This document shows positions 61,837 through 64,000 of a DNA stretch of 64,000 nt, piece after piece. The stretch lies in contig NC_135811.1 in NCBI RefSeq assembly GCF_964213995.1, positions 35,526,001-35,590,000 of the forward strand, in the 5' to 3' direction. This DNA is from Mustelus asterias (lineage: Eukaryota). The notes below the pieces were generated by a model that made no database searches, was not told where the DNA came from, and saw only the letters and a list, made by a program, of their open reading frames with translations. A program made the position numbers and the translations under genes. Numbering within the stretch: the stretch's first letter is position 1; each line of letters begins with the position of its first letter.

Positions 61837-62764
61837 TATAATTCTAAACTGAAGTTAGATCTTTGTGATTGGGTAATCTTTCTTTTATTGTTATTATTCA
61901 TTCACATGTAACTTTTTTAACAAACAAGCAGTGTACCCAAAATGAATTTCTGTATGGACAATAAAATGAATTAATTGATTGACCAGTATCCACTATCTGA
62001 TAAAATGAGAGCAGTATTTATGATCTGATAATGTAGAACTGAATATTTACTCGGGAAGTGCCTTATCAAAAATGTAGAATATGGTTATGCCAGATAAATG
62101 GCAATCTATCATCTGGCATTTATTAAGAAAACTATTATTCACTGAAGTGGGGTAAATTCCCATCATTTTTTGTGGGAAGAGAAAAGTATTTGTTATGGCT
62201 TTGTTTGTCCAAGCGTATCAACTTGTGACCATCATTCTAAAAGGATTCAAACAGATTATTTTACTAGCTTACTATCCGAAATTGATCATGGTAGCAACCA
62301 TCCATATCACTTTCATGTTTCAGTGAGTTGTGCTGTCTCCCTTCAATTACTTCAAGTTTCCTCTTCAGGTTTTCATAGAACATGACAAATGATTTTTCTA
62401 TCATCATCATCAGACTTCCTGTCAAAAACTGAATATACAAGGAACGACTTAGTACACAGCTTTGCAGAAAATTTTATTTGATTTTTGTTAACCCTGATGA
62501 GGGAGATGCTAAATAAATCTAATTGCATCTATTAATATTTACTTTTTGATGTGATTTGATCCATAATTTATATAACCTGTCCTTCATGGTTAAACGCAGC
62601 ATTAGGAAAAGCAAACAGATTTTTTTGTCATAAGAAGGCAGTAAAATATGTCAAAGACAGACAATTTTAATGTATATGCCTACTTTCTTCTTTTGGCACT
62701 TGGTTTGGATTGAATGGGAATCAACCTTTTGCAATGAGAACTATGAGTAGAATTTCAGGGGTAG

Positions 62765-62935
62765 TGCTATGGTTCAGGTTAGAAACTCTAAAATGTTTTA
62801 TGAAGCCTGCTTGAACCATAAGTTTTGCATTTTGAATTTGGCTAGGATGAACATGAGATGTTCCACTTCAGGTATAATTCAAGTGATCCACCAGGGTGCT
62901 TTTATCAAACACAGTTCGATATAGTTAAAATGTAT
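62765..62935 (-). mobile_element. Partial copy of the 21256-22059 LTR-like repeat
   Basis: tgctatggttcaggttagaaactc...cataagttttgcat...cacttcaggtat aligns with 21256-21430. Confidence 0.7.
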
Positions 62936-62972
62936 ACATCAGTTACTGATGTATACATCAGTTACATCAATC

Positions 62973-64000
62973 GGAGGGAAATTATTGGAGAGGATTCTCC
63001 GAGACAGGATTTATTCCCAATTGGAAATAAGTGGACATATTAGTGCGAGGCAACATGGTTTTGTGAAGGGGAGGTCGTGTCTCACGAACTTGATCAAGTT
63101 TTTCGAGGAAGTGACAAAGGTGATTGATGAGGGTAGGGCAGTGGATGTTGTCTACATGGACTTCAGTAAGGCCTTTGACAAGGTCCCTCATGGCAGACTG
63201 GTGCAGAAGGTGAAGTCGCATGGGATCAGAGGTGAGCTAGCAAGGTGGATACAAAACTGGCTCGGTCAAAGAGGACAGAGGGTAGCAGTGGAAGGGTGCA
63301 TTTCTGAATGGAAGGCTGTGACAAGTGGTGTTCCTCTGGGATCAGAGCTGGGACCTTTGCTGTTTGTAATATATATAAATGATTTGGAGGAAAATATAAC
63401 TGGATTGATTAGTAAGTTTGCGGACGACACAAAGGTTGGTGGATTTGCGGATAGCGATGAGGACCATCAGAGGATACAGCAGGATATAGATCAGTTGGAG
63501 ACTTGGGCGGAGAGATGGCAGATGGAGTTTAATCCAGACAATTGTGAGGTAATGCATTTTGGAAGGTCTAATACAGGTAGGAAATATACAGTAAATGGCA
63601 GAACCCTTAAGAGTATTGATAGGCAAAGGGATCTGGGTGAACAAGTACACAGGTCACTGAAAGTGGCAATGCAGGTGGAGAAGGTAGTCAAGAAGGCATA
63701 CGGCATGCTTGCTTTCATCGGCCAGGGCGTTGAGTTTAAAAATTGGCAAGTCATGTTGCAGCTTTATAGAACCTTAGTTAGGCCGCACTTGAAATATAGT
63801 GTTCAATTCTGGTCGCCACACTACCAGGAGGATGTGGAGGCTTTGGAGAGGGTACAGAAAAGATTTACCAGTATGTTGCCTGGTATGGAGGGCATTAGCT
63901 ATGAGGAGAGGTTGGAGAAACTTGGTTTGTTCTCACTGGAGCGATGGAGGTTGAGGGGAGACCTGATAGAAGTCTACAAACTTATGAGAGGCATGGACAG
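62973..64000 (+). mobile_element. CR1 LINE RT region, running off the window end
   Basis: [58 protein letters not shown]. Confidence 0.95.

Noticed and set aside
49622-64000. Next DOCK1 exon (VEISPLENAIETM...)
   Set aside because: Not found by eye in the remaining 14.4 kb; it presumably lies beyond the window.

Overview
Vertebrate nuclear DNA, almost certainly a shark (abundant HE1/V-SINE-like SINEs and their CR1 partners; the species cannot be read from the window). The whole 64 kb lies inside one + strand gene, DOCK1 (DOCK180). I identified eight coding exons (571-661, 12988-13107, 17513-17602, 17702-17806, 40850-40991, 42418-42499, 47544-47628, 49535-49621) that splice in frame into the N-terminal part of the DHR-2 Rac-GEF domain. 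Intron 40992-42417 has U12 (minor spliceosome) signals. The rest is intronic and transposon-rich: CR1, Rex1/Babar, RTE, L2 and Tx1 LINE pieces, three SINE families, Gypsy- and Copia-like LTR relics, Harbinger-like and hAT non-autonomous elements, and two Penelope-like (PLE) families. The most striking signal is one PLE family whose terminal repeat carries a minimal type I hammerhead ribozyme with compensatory base changes. All three insertions are fold-back units with 10-12 bp target duplications: a 2.5 kb coding copy, a 251 bp pure hairpin with a ribozyme on each strand, and a 484 bp copy whose loop is an inverted copy of 205 bp of DNA lying about 0.8 kb downstream. Most entries in the ORF track are spurious or transposon-derived. 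Repeat family names come from my own recognition of motifs, not from a database search, and the boundaries of old repeats are approximate.
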